Shown here piece after piece: positions 37,132 through 52,517 of a stretch of 64,000 nt of DNA. Source of the DNA: Priapulus caudatus (Eukaryota); NCBI RefSeq assembly GCF_000485595.1, contig NW_014577067.1, forward strand, positions 173,563 to 237,562, in the 5' to 3' direction. Numbering within the stretch: position 1 is the stretch's first letter; each line of letters begins with the position of its first letter. Under the pieces are notes generated by a model that did not search any database, was not told the origin of the DNA, and saw nothing but the letters and a program-made list of their open reading frames with translations. Both the position numbers and the translations under genes were made by a program.

Positions 37132-38587
37132 TATTTTATTGAAACGCTTCAACTCCAAGTGCCTGTGGCCGGGGTAGTCCACTTGGTTTGTTATCGTGCT
37201 GCCGCTAATGGCTGTTATACGCCGAATGTGAACACACGATAACATGTGATAAGGAGTACGTATTTATACAGTTTATCCTAACGGCTAATTGTCGATCCGC
37301 TCCAAGGTCAGCTCCTCGTTACACACCGCGGGAACAGGTTTGATGCAAATGCAGATGCTAACTTATTACTTTGCAGACTGGGTGTAATTATTATGGCGGC
37401 CATTTTGTTCATTCACCATATCCCAAAGTCGTTACAAGGAGAAAAATAAAAATAATCTGTGATCGGTTATGATATCTTGGTCCTGATAATATGCAAGCTT
37501 CTAGCTTTTTTTTCTATTCTTGTTCTTTATTCGCTCCTAATATGTGTATTCTTAGCTATTGAAATCGAAGATATCATACTTAACGTTACCTTGATAATTT
37601 CCGTTTAAAAGCATGAAATTACACGTACATGTATTGATATTCGACTGTGTAACATTATCATAGCAGCATAGTTGTTACGCATAAACGTGAAGTGTAGAGT
37701 AATTCGTGGCTCACAGAGATAACATTATTACCGATTGATGATTTAATTTAACGTGCTCTGATTGTAAATTTCACTGGAAATCAGCGAGGTGTGTAATTGC
37801 TACTGTTTGTGGCTGCGGAGTGAGGCTATGGGCCACCCCTGTTTAGCATTCTGCTCACATTGTCTAAAACAACATTGTTCACAATTACACGGTTCGAAAT
37901 GCGTGTGGTTTACGTTTCGTTTGGTTTAGTTTCGGAATGAGGAAAATGTTTCTGTCCGTGAATTCTACCGTCGGACCGGGCTTCCGTCAGTGCGTGCGTG
38001 CGTAATTAATGTGTGTGTGTGTGTGTGTGTATGCGTGCGTGCGTGCGTGCGTGCATGCGTATGTGTGCTTGCGCGCGCACGTGCGTGCGTGTGTGCGTGC
38101 GTGTGTGTGCGTGCGTGCGTATGTGCCTGTGTATTTGTTTGTTTGCTTGCGCGTGTGCGTGCGTGCGTGCGTCCCGTCCACGCGTTCGTCCGTTCAACAA
38201 CGTGTTGGCGCTGATATCTCAGAGTACTATAACACACGTGACGCTGCAGCGGCAGTACAATTTGCTACGAGGGCGTTTTTGACAGGGCATCCATTGTGCG
38301 CTAAGCACTCCGTGATTTTATACTGCCGCGGGCCGGCGCCATTGTTAACGCTTCTCCTGAGAGTTTGCCTACCTGGTTGCCAGGCTGGACTAGCTGCTGC
38401 TCTAGAGAGTCTGAGAGAGTGAATGGAGGAGATTGGCTGGCGTCTGAGCGTGCGCGCGGGTGTTACACCCGACCTGACAAAGCAGTAAGAACAGGTTTGT
38501 TCTCGGTGCGAAAGAGAGCGGGGAAGGGGAAGGAGGGTGGGAAGAGAGTGAGAGAGGGGAGAGCGTAAGAGAGCGAGAGTGAGAGAG

Positions 38588-38623
<36 letters not shown>

Positions 38624-38736
38624 GATAGCCCGGGGAGAGAGAAAGAAAAGCGGTAGCCAGAACAGAAAAGGAGAGAGAGAAGCGATAGCGAGGAGAGAGA
38701 GGCGATAGCGAGGAGAGAGAGAAGCAATAGCAAGGA

Positions 38737-38776
<40 letters not shown>

Positions 38777-40047
38777 AGGAGAGAGCGAGCGAGAGAGCAA
38801 ATACGCACGATGATATATTGAAAGCATCGCTACAGGTAATTGCTGGAACGATGGCATTTCAGCATTCATTCCATTGACAATCCACATGCGTCCTCACACG
38901 ACACGCTTAGGCAGTTACCGTGAGAGTAACTTTGTGTTCCCGTAGAGAGTTCCTTGCATTTTTATTCGCTATAGTAATAACACCCAATAAATCGTAGCAA
39001 TGCGCGCGCATTAATTCCAGCATGGGATGCTATATTAAAGCGCCTTGTAAAGTGGCTTTTATTGCCACCATAATTGTCTTCTAAGAAATAAATGTCATTG
39101 CGATTGCACGCAGGCAGCATTTAATTGGCAATACCTCAGGGAGCAGTGCGTTTTCTCAGGTGACGAGAGTTTATTGATGTACGTGTCTACGTGTACGCTG
39201 ACATTCATTTAAAGTTCTAACATTTATTGCGCTCGCGTTGTGCATGTGCGTGTGAATTTGTCAACGGTTATATACGTTAGCTGCCCGGTTACGGAATTCT
39301 GGAACACGCCGTCGACGTTTACAACACAGCGAGCGCTGTCTCGGGACAGCATCAAAATTAATCCCGTAAATCTTCTTCGGGCGATAAATGGCTGCCCAGC
39401 GGGCGCGCGATAGAGGGCAGGCAAGGCGTCGCGAAACAAATGGCACCCCGGCGCGTGCATCATCGCAGCGCTCCCCCGGGGTCCCGCCACGCACTACGCT
39501 GTTTCATTAACCTTGTACGCGGATACTCGTATGCGTATCGCGAGACCTTCTACCGGCGTGGACGTCGTCGCTTGGTTGTTTTTCTAAGCGGAGCTTTTGT
39601 GCGGGTGTCCATTTGTAGATTTGTTAATGCGAGGCCGGTATTGTGTTGACGGGGGCATGTAGCCCCCGAGGCGTGCGGTATTAATGAGTAGCAACGGCCC
39701 AGGCCACAGCGTCTGGAACTACTTGTGGAAATAATAGAAGAATTGGCTCTCCGCACTTCAGAAAAGAATGGCCACCTTTCATCCGTGTGTGCATACACTT
39801 ACATGCCCCCGCGTTTCACTTTCTCGCGCAGTGTATACCCGTCGGTGTGGACCTAGTTCGCTGGTTGACCAGCGGTCAGTCATTGTCCAAATTATCCTCG
39901 TCTTTGACGGGAGAGTGCTAATTGGAGAGGTCTTCACTGTGCGCAAGAATTCGGAACAGAAGGGGTAGAACCAGGAACAGTTGGCGTCGAGGGTTTAGCG
40001 CGTGGATTTGCAGCTGGTTAGACATAGTAACGAATCCCAACCTTACA

Positions 40048-40113
40048 GCATTGTAACACTGTAACATTGTAACATTGTAACACTGTAACATTGTAACATT
40101 GTAACATTGTAAC
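40048..40113. repeat. (CAYTGTAA)n 8-bp tandem repeat
   Basis: Direct reading. Confidence 0.9.
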
Positions 40114-40636
40114 GAATGAACATGGTGGTTATAGTTACATAGTTCATGAACGGATGATACACACAGTCTATAGTATAGTATAGTATAGACTCTATACGCA
40201 TAGTGGTAAACACCTAATATACAACATGCAAACATCATTTGAAAGAAATACGTGTAATGACGCAGACAATAGTATACGTGCCATGCGAATTGTCTCACTA
40301 TATTTACACGGGGCTTTATATTAGGCGAGTGCGTCCATCCTAGCAATTAAAAGGCCTGTGCAAACTTAATTATGTATAATTGCTTTTCGCCCGTATAAGG
40401 TGTAAATTGGAACGTGCCGACTGAGGGTTGCCAGAGCTTGCGTTTGCTCATCACCTGCATGTCATCTGTTATATGTTAATTGCTGTCGGTGCTGTCAAAA
40501 GTCAGCGTGGTAATTGCACAGCTTCACGTAACGTAAAACACGCTCTGACTATAGCAGCTTAAATTCGGCGTCGAACGCTTGCCTATTTAGGCGTGCTTGG
40601 TGTGTGGTAATTTACAGCAGAATTGATGAGCGCAGG

Positions 40637-40671
<35 letters not shown>

Positions 40672-40745
40672 ACTTTCCAGTGAAATCGGTAAATGATTTA
40701 AAAACCATCACTTAGCAGTTGGGACAGAAAGGCTCTACATAACAC

Positions 40746-40789
40746 CAGGAGTAAATAATCACACAAAATATTGTGATTATTTACTCCCG
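40746..40789. mobile_element. 44-bp TIR hairpin/footprint
   Basis: caggagtaaataatcaca...tgtgattatttactcccg; flanks ATAACAC/ATAATAC. Confidence 0.7.
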
Positions 40790-42762
40790 ATAATACCTAT
40801 AGCAATGAATATTTTGAATCGAAGACGTTTGTTATAGTCAGTTTCCTCTATTAGGCAATTTTTGCTTGTATATACGTACGTTGCTCATTTCAGGGAACAT
40901 TTGCACGTATAGCATATATGCATTTGCATGTATAGGTAGTCTAGCAGTTTCTGCATACCGCTGCCCGATCGCAATTCGCGTGCATTTGCTCGGCGTGCCA
41001 TTGTCCCGCCTCGAGTCTATAACTAGGTAATTATAGTCGAAATAAAATCATGTGCGGCACCCCTAAGGAAACCGTTGCTAATCCTCATCCTGCTGAGGTG
41101 TTCTGAATGCGTGCATGCACAATAGGTGTTGAAATATCGGAGAGTTTTGCCGAAAACGCCCGGAATCGTAGTGGTTCGTCGCAGAAAGCAAAATTTGCCA
41201 GGTGGTCCCGAACAAATCACAGCAAAGGCTCCCCCTCTGCGCGCAGCTTTCAGCAATCGGCGGAGGTACAATCCTGCTAAGGTAGTTAATGTCTCATTCC
41301 TTCCAACTTTAGCGCGAAAACCCGACACGAATTATAATAGCGATCCAGACACTTTTTACGCATTAATTACATATCGACTGTTTATACGCATGCCAGACTT
41401 TTTAAAGTTATTTCTAGAGGTATAGCATTCTGGAAATGCGCAGTGAAAGGGTGCATGAGCGTGTAAAAATATTTTCCCGCCTATTATATTCCGAGTTGTT
41501 TTTCCTGGCCGCCCGCGGGCCCTTAGTTCATTATTACATCTGTATTGTTGCCATGCATTGAAAAATTTTCGGCGGGCATTGACGTAGTCGACTATAGCTC
41601 ATATTTTTGGTAGTTAGGGGCGTTCCCCGTAAAAAAATAACCGGGCCACGTCGCCATCTCCGTTTTACCGGGATTGTGTAATTACTGAGCGCGTGTTATT
41701 CTCGGCAGGCTGCGAAAGTGGTCGGATAGCTCTGATTTCTGTTGATCGGCAGACATGCAGCAGCGGCCCACTAGATCTATCTACAAGTGCATGCAGAAAT
41801 ATTAGACGTACTATTATGATGTCGCGGCGTAGTAACGGTTTATAATGCGTAGTAACGGTTATTCAATACGTCTAGCTGCAACATGGATGAAACTGTAGTG
41901 ACGGCTAGATACTATTTCAGTGTGCATCGTGGTAAAGTGTTGTATGGTTTGGTTAATTTCGTATTCGTTTTCCATTATTAAAGATACAGTCACCTTAGTT
42001 TTTTTACGCTCAATGGGAAATCGTTGGGCGTAATTTACAAGATAAAATTTGTTCTCGTGAAATAACGACGTGTTACATAACACGAAAGAGCGAATTGTCG
42101 TGAATGTTCATATCAGGCTATTCTAGCCGGGCAGTCAAGTGCCACTATCGTCGCTGAAGTTGTGATATTTTTTCATAGATTGGGTGTATATAGTCACTCG
42201 TCCGACATGCATCACGACCGAATGCGTGGTTATGGTGGATTACCCCCCCCCCCCACCCATACCTGCACACTCGTCCATGATAATTGCCCACAGTCCTTAT
42301 CAATTTGGTCTTCACCAATGATTCCCAACAGGTTTGAGTGCCTGCGTTCCTGTGTATGCGCGCTCGCCGATCAAGTTTGCTGCAACAGTTGTCACGAATA
42401 TATCTATCTGCGGCTGCCCGCGCACACACGCCGCCCGCCTTTGTTGGTCCGTCTGCGCGCGCTAGTTGTACGAAGAATGCGAGTGACGCTGTCCAGATTG
42501 TAGCCTGCCATGTGCGATCTACGGCCGCTGTGTGATCGGTCTATTGTCCGTGCGTTCTATCTGCGTTAGCTACGTACCTACGCATCTCGTGTGATGGGGG
42601 ATGGATAGATGGCGGTCGTCCGCATAACCTTCCAGCGTGTCCGCGAAGGAGTGGAAGAGATGACATCGCTGTGAGACATTACGATGGTTTCCAGATTCGT
42701 GTGGCTATTGAGGACGCGCGCGCGGGTGCGGGTGCGTGTGTGTGTGTGTATGCGTGTATATG

Positions 42763-42820
<58 letters not shown>

Positions 42821-45800
42821 TGTGGGGTGCACATGAGTGGCGCACGCGTGTGTCGCGGTGTCTGGGTGTTTCGTGAATTCCAGGGCTCAGAAGATCGTAG
42901 AAACATTTTTACATTAGAACTAACTAGGATTCCCTAAAACCGGCGGGACACGACTATCCTACGTAACAACGTAGCTGCTTGCATTTCTTGGGCCCCCTCT
43001 GTTTACTCATGTGGCGTAATGTTAATTGAATAGGTGCCCGTATTAGGTGTTAATCATTATTTGCTTGTGCTGCAAATCTCACGTGTAAACGACGGAGATG
43101 AGAAAGAGCCAGAGAGCGAGACAGGATGATGGCCGAGGAGGGAAATCAATACAGAAGGGAAAGTGATGCATTGGCAGATGCAGAGATGTATTGCATTTCG
43201 TGAACATTACACTGTTAATTGCTACATGTTGAATACGATATGCGGCTCTATATTATATTTCGGATCGGCTGGTGGAGATCATTGCGAATATGAATGTACG
43301 ACGTAGCGTCAGACTTCACTACTACACCCGGCACCTCTAAATGTCAGAATAATAATACAGAAATACCAGGTGTGCATCCTGAGCATCAGGTGCATCTGGG
43401 CATAGGTGCGTGGCAGCCCCTCCCCCTCCCCCAGGTTCGTGCCGCCTCTGCCGTGGTGCGGAGTTTGGCTCGGGATCCGAGAGCGGTCCAAGCCCGCACG
43501 CAGTCTCTGAACAAACATAGGCTTAGTCTCGAATACTGAGCACTCTAATTAACTCTTTGCCACCGGTGTCCTTGCCGACAGCGTGCGCATTGTTTCTCGG
43601 TTGTCTTGCTCAAACACATTAATTTGCATAGTCGGTCTGCATTTACTTTGGTCGTGTGGAAGGATGCATATAGGAAATGTGGTTCAGAACGTCCAGTTTT
43701 ATGGCTGGGTTTGACAGCACATGGAAGCTTATCTATCTTTCACACAATAGGAAACCTATAATTACAGCTATGTGCTGGCAACAAAGTTTGATACGGTATA
43801 CGCTGTATAATAACTAATAAAATTTGAAATTTCACGACTACTCTAAAATTCACGGATATGATTACTAGCGCAGTACACGTGAAACATGAGGAACACTGTG
43901 CAGATTCAGCGGCATATAATGAAACTGTTGATTAAGTGCATCCTGTCTGAAGCCTTAAGTAAATATTTAAGGCGTGTCAGTTCCACTGCGATTATTTATA
44001 TAAAAACATACGTTTAATTGAACGGCTTAGCTGTGTTCTACTCTGGGCCGAGCCTAGCCATGCAGATGTGGAGTACACTCCCGCCTGTCTGCGAAATTGT
44101 GAAGGATGTACTACGAAGAAAAAAAGACAGGAAAACGCGCTTCCTGCTAGGAACGCGATTTTCACCCATCGCTTTTTCGTCCTGGCATGTGTGATTACTG
44201 TAATTCTAATCGGCAGTTCGGCGAAATCTATCGTAGCTTGCTGCTAGTGCTATCCTCCCAGGAATTCTCCCAGACGGGAGTTTTCTGGGAAGATGCCACG
44301 TAGAATTTAGCACTTTTACGATGAAGATACGTCAACGATACGATTGCAATTCGCGTGTAACACTAGCGACACCCTTCAGTTTTTGCCGCAAAATTGTATC
44401 GTTGCCGATAATGGCAATGGTGAAAATTCGTCGGGGTTCCATTGACGGGCGCCAGGCTGCGCATGCGCCGGCTTCGTCCGTTCGTCGGTGAGTAATTTGC
44501 CGTGGGTTGAGCGGATCGCCGCTGGGTACGTTTGACAGTTGTTTGCTGTGACGGGTCTCGCTGCGCTGATCATAACGCAATAAGCGCGATGAAAGCCGAC
44601 CGTCGTGGGAATTCGCTTACTTATTACGCACATACAACCGTCGGTGAAGCCCTGTCGGGGGATGCCCCGTCACTGAAGCTCATCCTATTACAAAAACTTG
44701 CGTTTGCGCTGGTTGCGTGCCGCCAACCGAAACCCCCGCTACAGTCAAAAGCGGTGTTATTATTATTATTATCGTTATTTCGCACGTATTTTGCAGCTGT
44801 GAATGTGGCATCTATGCCCGTGGGAGTCGGCGATGTTGCCGCATGCATAGCGAGGCTGTAAGAGACGAGAGCGAGAGCGAAGTCACGCATATTTTTAGCC
44901 ACGTGGGCGGGGAGAAAAATTTCGGTGCCTCCCTATCTCTCGCCATGCCGGATGTTTGCAGCAAGCACGGCTGTCCAATATATCAATGACCACGGGCTAT
45001 CGATATTTATTTATTCAGTCGGTTTAGCCTCTTGTGTGGGAAGCGTGCGGGTATATATATATATTCTGTGTGTGGGTCTAGTTTCATAAATTATATGCAC
45101 TCTAACCTGTGCGCGGGAAGTGATAATATACAATATGCAGTCTATATTTTCAATGATTTGGTCCAGTTTTCCAAATTCAACGGACGGTATAAGTGTGGTC
45201 TTCACGATATACTAACCAGGCATTCACTCGTTGGACTGTTGTACATAGTACGTGGTCATGCAGACAAGGATTTCATGTTGGCGATGTGCGTGTGTGCCTT
45301 CGCGACTGCTATATAGGGGAGGCGTGTACAGTACTGGAGTGGAACCATGCAGGTTAGCGTGGTTTCACGCACGAGTAACTTTTGTAGTTTGCATTTCGAC
45401 AATGTGTTTCATGGTGGCTGCTCAAGTAAACAGGGCGCTTTTTGTTCAGGTAGCAATGCAGCAGAGTGTAACATTGTCCGTGTAAACGCCGATCCTTCTG
45501 TCAGTCCACCTCGGAATATACCAATAATGGATGGATACGGGCTGCGCGCCACCAATGTAGCTATCTATATAACTAGCCACAGTGCCCGAGCACAGCTTTC
45601 ACTGACAGTCACTCTTATTGGAGCAAAGTAATTTCAACTATGCAGTCGACGTGTCGTCATCTTTCACTGCGTCGTAGAATTCGACAGAAACCATCAATTT
45701 CAAATACGGGGTGTTGGTCGCGTCAAGCATATATTATTTGTCCACGCGAAGTTTCAAGTTTAGCCATGCGGATCCAGATTTGACAGTTTTAATGATGCAC

Positions 45801-46230
45801 AAGTATATAATATATATCATATATATTATTATATATATATATATATCGATAATTCTTAGCTCGGTGTTAAAACGTGATTGATATCAGTAATAAATTTATC
45901 TGACAGTCGACCCGTTTCGGGTGTAAAGTCCCGACGGCATGTCACACAGAACTTTATTTGATTAACTTTATTCTGCTTTTGTGAGTATACATGCATTAAC
46001 TGGGGAAACTATAATCAAACGTGGCTGGCGATAGAGGCGAGCTGTATATAGGGCCTGTAGGGTTACAGACGGTCGTTTGTGAAGACATTACCGTTCTCCT
46101 AGTAAAGTTAACATAGTTATCGCTGACGATTTATTTGGAAGTCTTTGAAGTCGTGCGTTCGACGTGTTTTGCTTCCAAACAGCCGGTTCGTTTTCGGCAT
46201 GGAACTGATGTTTTTCTAGAAAAGCGGTCA

Positions 46231-46264
46231 GTGACATTTTTCTCCTCCATCTCTGCAGGTATGT
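46231..46264 (+). promoter_or_regulatory. Candidate recursive splice site (AG|GT) in the Fat intron
   Basis: gtgac-atttttctcctccatctctgcAG|GTATGT; AG at 46257-46258. Confidence 0.55.
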
Positions 46265-49200
46265 CGGAAGTTGATTCATTCAGTTCGTAATTGCTAACTT
46301 CTGGAACACGCGTAGACTAACACCAGAAGTCCGTGTGGCTGAGCCCATGTTGATACCCAGCGGCTGACGGCGTAGAGTCAGTCGAGATTTGTATTTTAAA
46401 AAGCTGTCGTTATACGAACTCATCATGGGGAAGAAATGAACGTAGAAAGTACATTTGCGTCTATATGCAGATTTATAATGACTATTAGAAGCGATACTGA
46501 AGCTTATACAATGTCATGTAGTTTTATCTGATATTGATGTTGTTCTTTATCTGATACTGATAGTGATATTATGCTGATATTGTCCTTGTCTAGTCACACA
46601 CACGCGTGCACGCAAACACATCCGCACACGTACATACAGACACACGCACGTAGACGCGCGCGCGCAGACACGCACGTAAACACGCATGCACGCACACACG
46701 CACACACGCACACACGCAATTTAACTACAGTGTACGGTTTGCGATTGCGGCATGCTATTGTGAGCTGTTTGGCCTAGGGTGGGGTAGGTGACTGACACGC
46801 TAACGTCTTGCCACGGCTAATTAGAAGAGAAAGACTAGAGGTTGTCAGCCATGCAGTCAGCAGCGCTGGCGGCCATGTTGCTATATCTGGGAGCGCTAAT
46901 ATTGTTTCTTGTTTGTTGGAGCAGGTTATTGCGTTATCTATATATGTACCTGCGAGCGCAGGTGCAAGCAAGTTAACGCGTATTTAAGCGAACCGCTGTT
47001 GATAATTATAGGCTGGTGCTGCGCTTATTAGTAATTAGTAAGCATCTAGCGTGGTATACCTGCTCACACGCAAATTGGTTCCAAATATATCGATACTCTA
47101 AATTGCGTTTTTACAATAAACCAAGCTGTACAGATACAAGCATATAAATTTATTTTTAGTATCGGTAATTCTGCATTTAGCGTGTGTGTGTGTATCCTTA
47201 GTGGTTAATCATCAGAACACCCGTGTATGAAATTATTTGCTCTTAGCCTTAGAATGGCATTCCGATGGTTATTATTCTACGGACGAGGTAGACAGTCAGC
47301 TGAATTGCGATCTTATCTTGACGCGCCCGCGGGGGTAGGTTCCCTCCGCAGCAGCAGCAGCAGCGGGATAAACCTGTTTCTCAGGTGGGAAGCTAGGATG
47401 GTTTTACAGAACTCTGTGGTGTAAAAATACGAGACGATGTGGTGAATTTCATTTCATTTGGTGGTTGTCGACTGTTTCGAATTCGTCGCGCTCGTGTGGG
47501 CGCATGATTGTACTTAACCCCATCTTACACAGCGGCAGACATTTGAACTTCCCTCGCGGCAGTGTGCTTCACATGTCACAGGCATTCTGACTTCCCGAAT
47601 CGAAAGTCTTAACAATTAAAATCCACTAGAGGTTCTAAGGTCGAACACAAGCAGGGCTGTGTGTTAGACAGTGAAGAAAAATCGAATTTAAATCTAACAA
47701 GGCTATTATTTTTCATTTTCTGTAGAATGATTCTGTAAATCGTTGTTGACAATCAACAGCTCTTTATGAACTCAGGCACAAGTTTAAGCGTTTGCATTAG
47801 TCCTATTATGAAAACGTAACATTTTCGCATATATTTCGGGCGGAAGGTTAACAAATCGTGACTATTATTTTCACTAAGGAGGTTTGCGATGACCTCGCAT
47901 ATATAGATTTAATGGCATTTATTTCTATAATTAGGTTTTGGCATCGGAGATCAGATTCGGTAAATATTTAGGTGATAATATCACTGAATGCATATTATAT
48001 TAACAGTGAAGTGGTAGATTATATATGCTATAATTCCCGTGTATTTGCATTTATTTTCTCGTTAGTTATCTGTTTAATGTTCTCAGGGTTCAACACGCCT
48101 TCGTGCTAGATCAGAACGTGTTTGTACGTGTCAGCCAGCGTAAGTGTCTTATGAGTTGAACAAAAGCCACATGTCTGCTGACTAGCGGCAACGTTTCCAT
48201 GTTGGCACTGCTAAGTCGCTAGTTAAGGCGCTATAGGTGGTTGCCGACCTCTGCAGGGTGTGGCCGGACTTTCGGTGGGAAAGTCTTATTTCGTTACTTT
48301 CACACGCAAACTCGCACACATGGTTCCAAGACGAGTCGCAACTCGCGCCTTTTCTCGCGTTTTTTCGTCAATGACCGACATGCGTGCGCTGGCGTCGTGC
48401 CTCGTTGAATGAATGGATGGATGGGTGGGTAGATAGATCGGTGTACGCGTGGCCATTTGGGTGGCGCGTCTATGCATGCATGCAGCAGGGGGAGGCCCCG
48501 CGTGAAAGCCAACACCGACTCGTTGTTTTTTCTATAATGTTTTGGTTTTGGCGTGTGAGTTTCCGCTGCATTCCCGCGGCTGTGGTTGTGCAATGGCTGA
48601 GGGTTTCTCTACTACGGCGTGCTGTCCGGCACACTAATCTCTCATATCACCTCGTCGCGTGGTTTCTCCTCGTTCGTTATACGCATTTCGCAAACTGTGA
48701 ATGAACTTTACTGATGTTTTCGTTGAATTCGCACATTTTCTTATGAGAAGAGAGGAAGCCATATTAGCGGCCACCCACTGCAATATTCTCACAGTCTGCG
48801 CCGTATACAAATTCCCTTTTCAGAACCGTGTGGAAATAGAGATACAGCGGTTCCCCGGCTTTATCGGGACCAGGTCGGGAACCATACCAATGTCATGATT
48901 ACGCGGTGAACACGACAACGTGCGTGAGGATTGTTTTTCGAAGACGCATGTCGTTTAAGTGATGCGCCCGTTTATTCAAGATCCGATAAAGCGAATATTA
49001 CTGTATATCTGTATATATGACTGTCAGGCTCGCACTGTCAGGGTGGGAACATGGAGATGTGCGTGTACTGCGCCAGGAAGCGAGTGTCGTGGAACCAAGT
49101 GCTATTTCGCTCGTGCTTGTTTCTTGATTGAATGGCGCTTGCCACTTACGTGGCCTGGTCGTAAATCTGAAGTCAAGACCATCATTAAAGGGGTCGGTCC

Positions 49201-51093
49201 CCGTATATTTCATGGGTGACAGGATAATAGTGGCTTATGGTCGCCTAGTATGAGCGTGAAACGACAGGTAAGAGGCAACCCCTAGGTGCGTCATCAGCGC
49301 ACCTCATTAGGGAACCGTAAGGGATATTCGTACTACAAGTGTCCGCTTGGGGGGGGGCTGAGCGTAAAATAATGTGATCGCTGAATTTTTCTCCATGTCG
49401 TGAATAGGCTTTTTGAGAAGTTGGAAATAAATAACGATTTTATTATTTAAAGGTCACCTCCAGGAAGTTGTTTACCTATTGGAATGAGAAGAAATATCGT
49501 TGTGCATTTTGGCAAGACGGGCAGTACCTCGTGCATACGTGATTTACATACGCATTTACATAATGTGTCTTTGATTCTAGACTAGGGTTGTGTGACATGA
49601 TTTACGATTTGTAAAACCGGTACGGAACCACGTGTCCGGTATAAAAGTCGCAATGTAGTCGACTAGAATTGAATCTGTCATTTCTACAATACCCTCATAC
49701 CCTCTTTCAGACAATCGTAGCAGGGACGTCTTTTCTAATTAGCTTTGTAGTTCCACGAAACTGTCCTTTTAAGTGAATCATTACGGGTAATTTACAACTG
49801 CAGTGAATGCTGAGAATGGGGTATGTCTCCTCTGCAAATGTTTAGTGACTGTATCGTGCACCAGCGTCTGTTGTGAAACAATCTGCCAACGTAATGGATT
49901 TGAAATTAACGTATTTATTTACATATTCTTCGGAATTTATCCACGTTACGCTGCCATCGGGTAGATGTAAAAGTGTGGAATTTTTTTAAAACAGATTATC
50001 TTATTTTTGTTGGGCGAACTGAATTGCCAACTGTGACACGAGGTGTAAACGTAGACGTTTCTACGACTGTCGATCACTGTTGTTCATCTACTGATGCTCT
50101 TGTTTCATCTACGAAATTATGGCCGACTGAACGCGCTCGTTCTCGGGTGGTACATGAGATGTATAGGCTGTCCATTCCACGCCTACCAGTTGTATCGCCA
50201 TTCTGCGTAGAGTGGCTATCAAATGACGAATGATGATATATATCTGAACAAAAACACGTTGTATTGGTCATATAGCCGCTTATCGAGCGGATTACACTCA
50301 AATGCGTGGGTATTATATTGCTATATAAAGCGTACGTATACATGTGTGTACGTTCATCTCTAATTATCTTTGAGTAGATGTCAATTAGGTCTTCCGGTAA
50401 AAACCTGGCCACCAGATGATAACGTGCGGAAACCAGAAGTCCTGCTACCAATCCATGTGCGGACTGCCGAATAACATTACTACCAGTGTTACACAACACT
50501 AACACTTGACAGGCAAAACAAACAAGTGCACTCAGTGGGACAGTCTGGCCAGTATGTGCAATGGCTAGTGCGATGGGACTGCACTGCGTAGATTGCTCTC
50601 ACACGCAGCTGTTGGCAACATTGCCTCGACTAGACTTCGGCTCAGAGTTAATTGTCACCTAAAACCACCCGGTGGGTTCAGCAGCATCTTTCTCCTGGAG
50701 GAACCAACCGTACAGATGTCATTCCCGTAAATGTTTTGCTTGATTGTCGTTAGTATTGCAGAAATGGAGCCGCAATTTATTCACGCAAAGATGGCTGCCG
50801 CGTGATAGTTTGTGGGTAACTTCAGCTTATGTGTGACTGAACTCGGTTTCCGCTTTGTCGTCCTCGAATTCTTGATAACGGTGTTGGCGGATCGAATATT
50901 TTTATTGGTGTTACAATCACATCGAATAATTCGCCCTAGTTGCCAAGTTACAAAGCTTTTTGGTGAATTCGAGTTTTCTGTGTTATCGACTCTATATTGA
51001 TAGGATAGGAGTTTAGAACGTAGCTGGATTGTATCGTTATACACTTGTCAATAAAGAAGAAAGAAGAAGAGAGAGAAACACAGAGACAGCGAG

Positions 51094-51124
<31 letters not shown>

Positions 51125-51129
51125 AGCAG

Positions 51130-51198
<69 letters not shown>

Positions 51199-51581
51199 AG
51201 AGAGCGGTGTGTGCTGTGGATCGTGCTGTGTTGCGTGCGTGTGCGGTCGTGCTGCGTGCGTGGCCGTGTGTACACGCGTTGTGCTGTACCCCCTGCAGGC
51301 AGCAAGCGCGGCGGCGGCCTAGTATAGACGCTGTATCAGGCTGATGACCAGATTTTGTCATTACTGGTCAGGGGAACCGCGCTTGTATGTATAAGATAAG
51401 AGGATATGAGTATACTAGCGAACGATCGGGGCGGTGTTCAGCCCGCCGTCTAACCGGTACACGCTGGCATTAACGTGACTCGCGTCCGCCCACTGGAGCC
51501 ATCCACATATCACTTCTCTCAAGCCCGAGAGTGTCAATGGACATTATCACATTCCGTAGTGTGGACAACATTGACCATTTT

Positions 51582-51773
51582 NNNNNNNNNNNNNNNNNNN
51601 NNNNNNNNNNNNNNNNNNNNNNNNNNNNNNNNNNNNNNNNNNNNNNNNNNNNNNNNNNNNNNNNNNNNNNNNNNNNNNNNNNNNNNNNNNNNNNNNNNNN
51701 NNNNNNNNNNNNNNNNNNNNNNNNNNNNNNNNNNNNNNNNNNNNNNNNNNNNNNNNNNNNNNNNNNNNNNNNN
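51582..51773. other. Assembly gap (N run); further gaps at 54903-54927 and 60474-60483
   Basis: Ns in the sequence. Confidence 1.
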
Positions 51774-52486
51774 CTCTTTTAGGAATCAATTATAGTTATA
51801 GGGACTCCTATGCGGTTCACTGCCGGGGGGTTCGCAGGTACTACGGCTGCCGCTCTATTATACACGCATCGTGTTCAATTCCCACGTGATGTAAAGACTA
51901 CTGACGGGTATGACGTGTCCGTGCACACATCTCGGCTTTTTAAGTGTTTTAACTGCGGCGGCGCTTGCTCGCTGGTGAAACGTCTATTATGGGGGAGCCG
52001 CCGGCTTACACCGTGCACCCTACACGCAAGGGTGGTGGAGAGCACGGGCGATTCGAAGATTTACGTTTCTTCCTGCATCGCGCGGCGGCGTTAAACGCGA
52101 TGCAGGCTGTTTGCTGCGCCGTTACCGTAGCTAGATATACCTCGTATTTCCATTTTAACATCCGCCCCACGTTGCAGCTTTCATCGCGCGGACTGTACGG
52201 CACTGCGCGCACGTGTGCCGCCGGTTTTTGGCAAACTTTTATAGATTTTTATGCGCGATGTTAACGTCTAAGATGATTTTTATCTCGTGAGGTTGACGTC
52301 GAAGGCCACATTCTGAGAACACTGATATCCTCTCCTCTTCACACACGTATTACGCTATACACATGCACGCACGCCAGGCAGCCGCACACGCCACGCAACG
52401 CATCACGCACACGCACACGCACACGCACCACGCACACGCACCGCACACGCCACGCACACGCACGCACACACACACACACACACACT

Positions 52487-52517
<31 letters not shown>

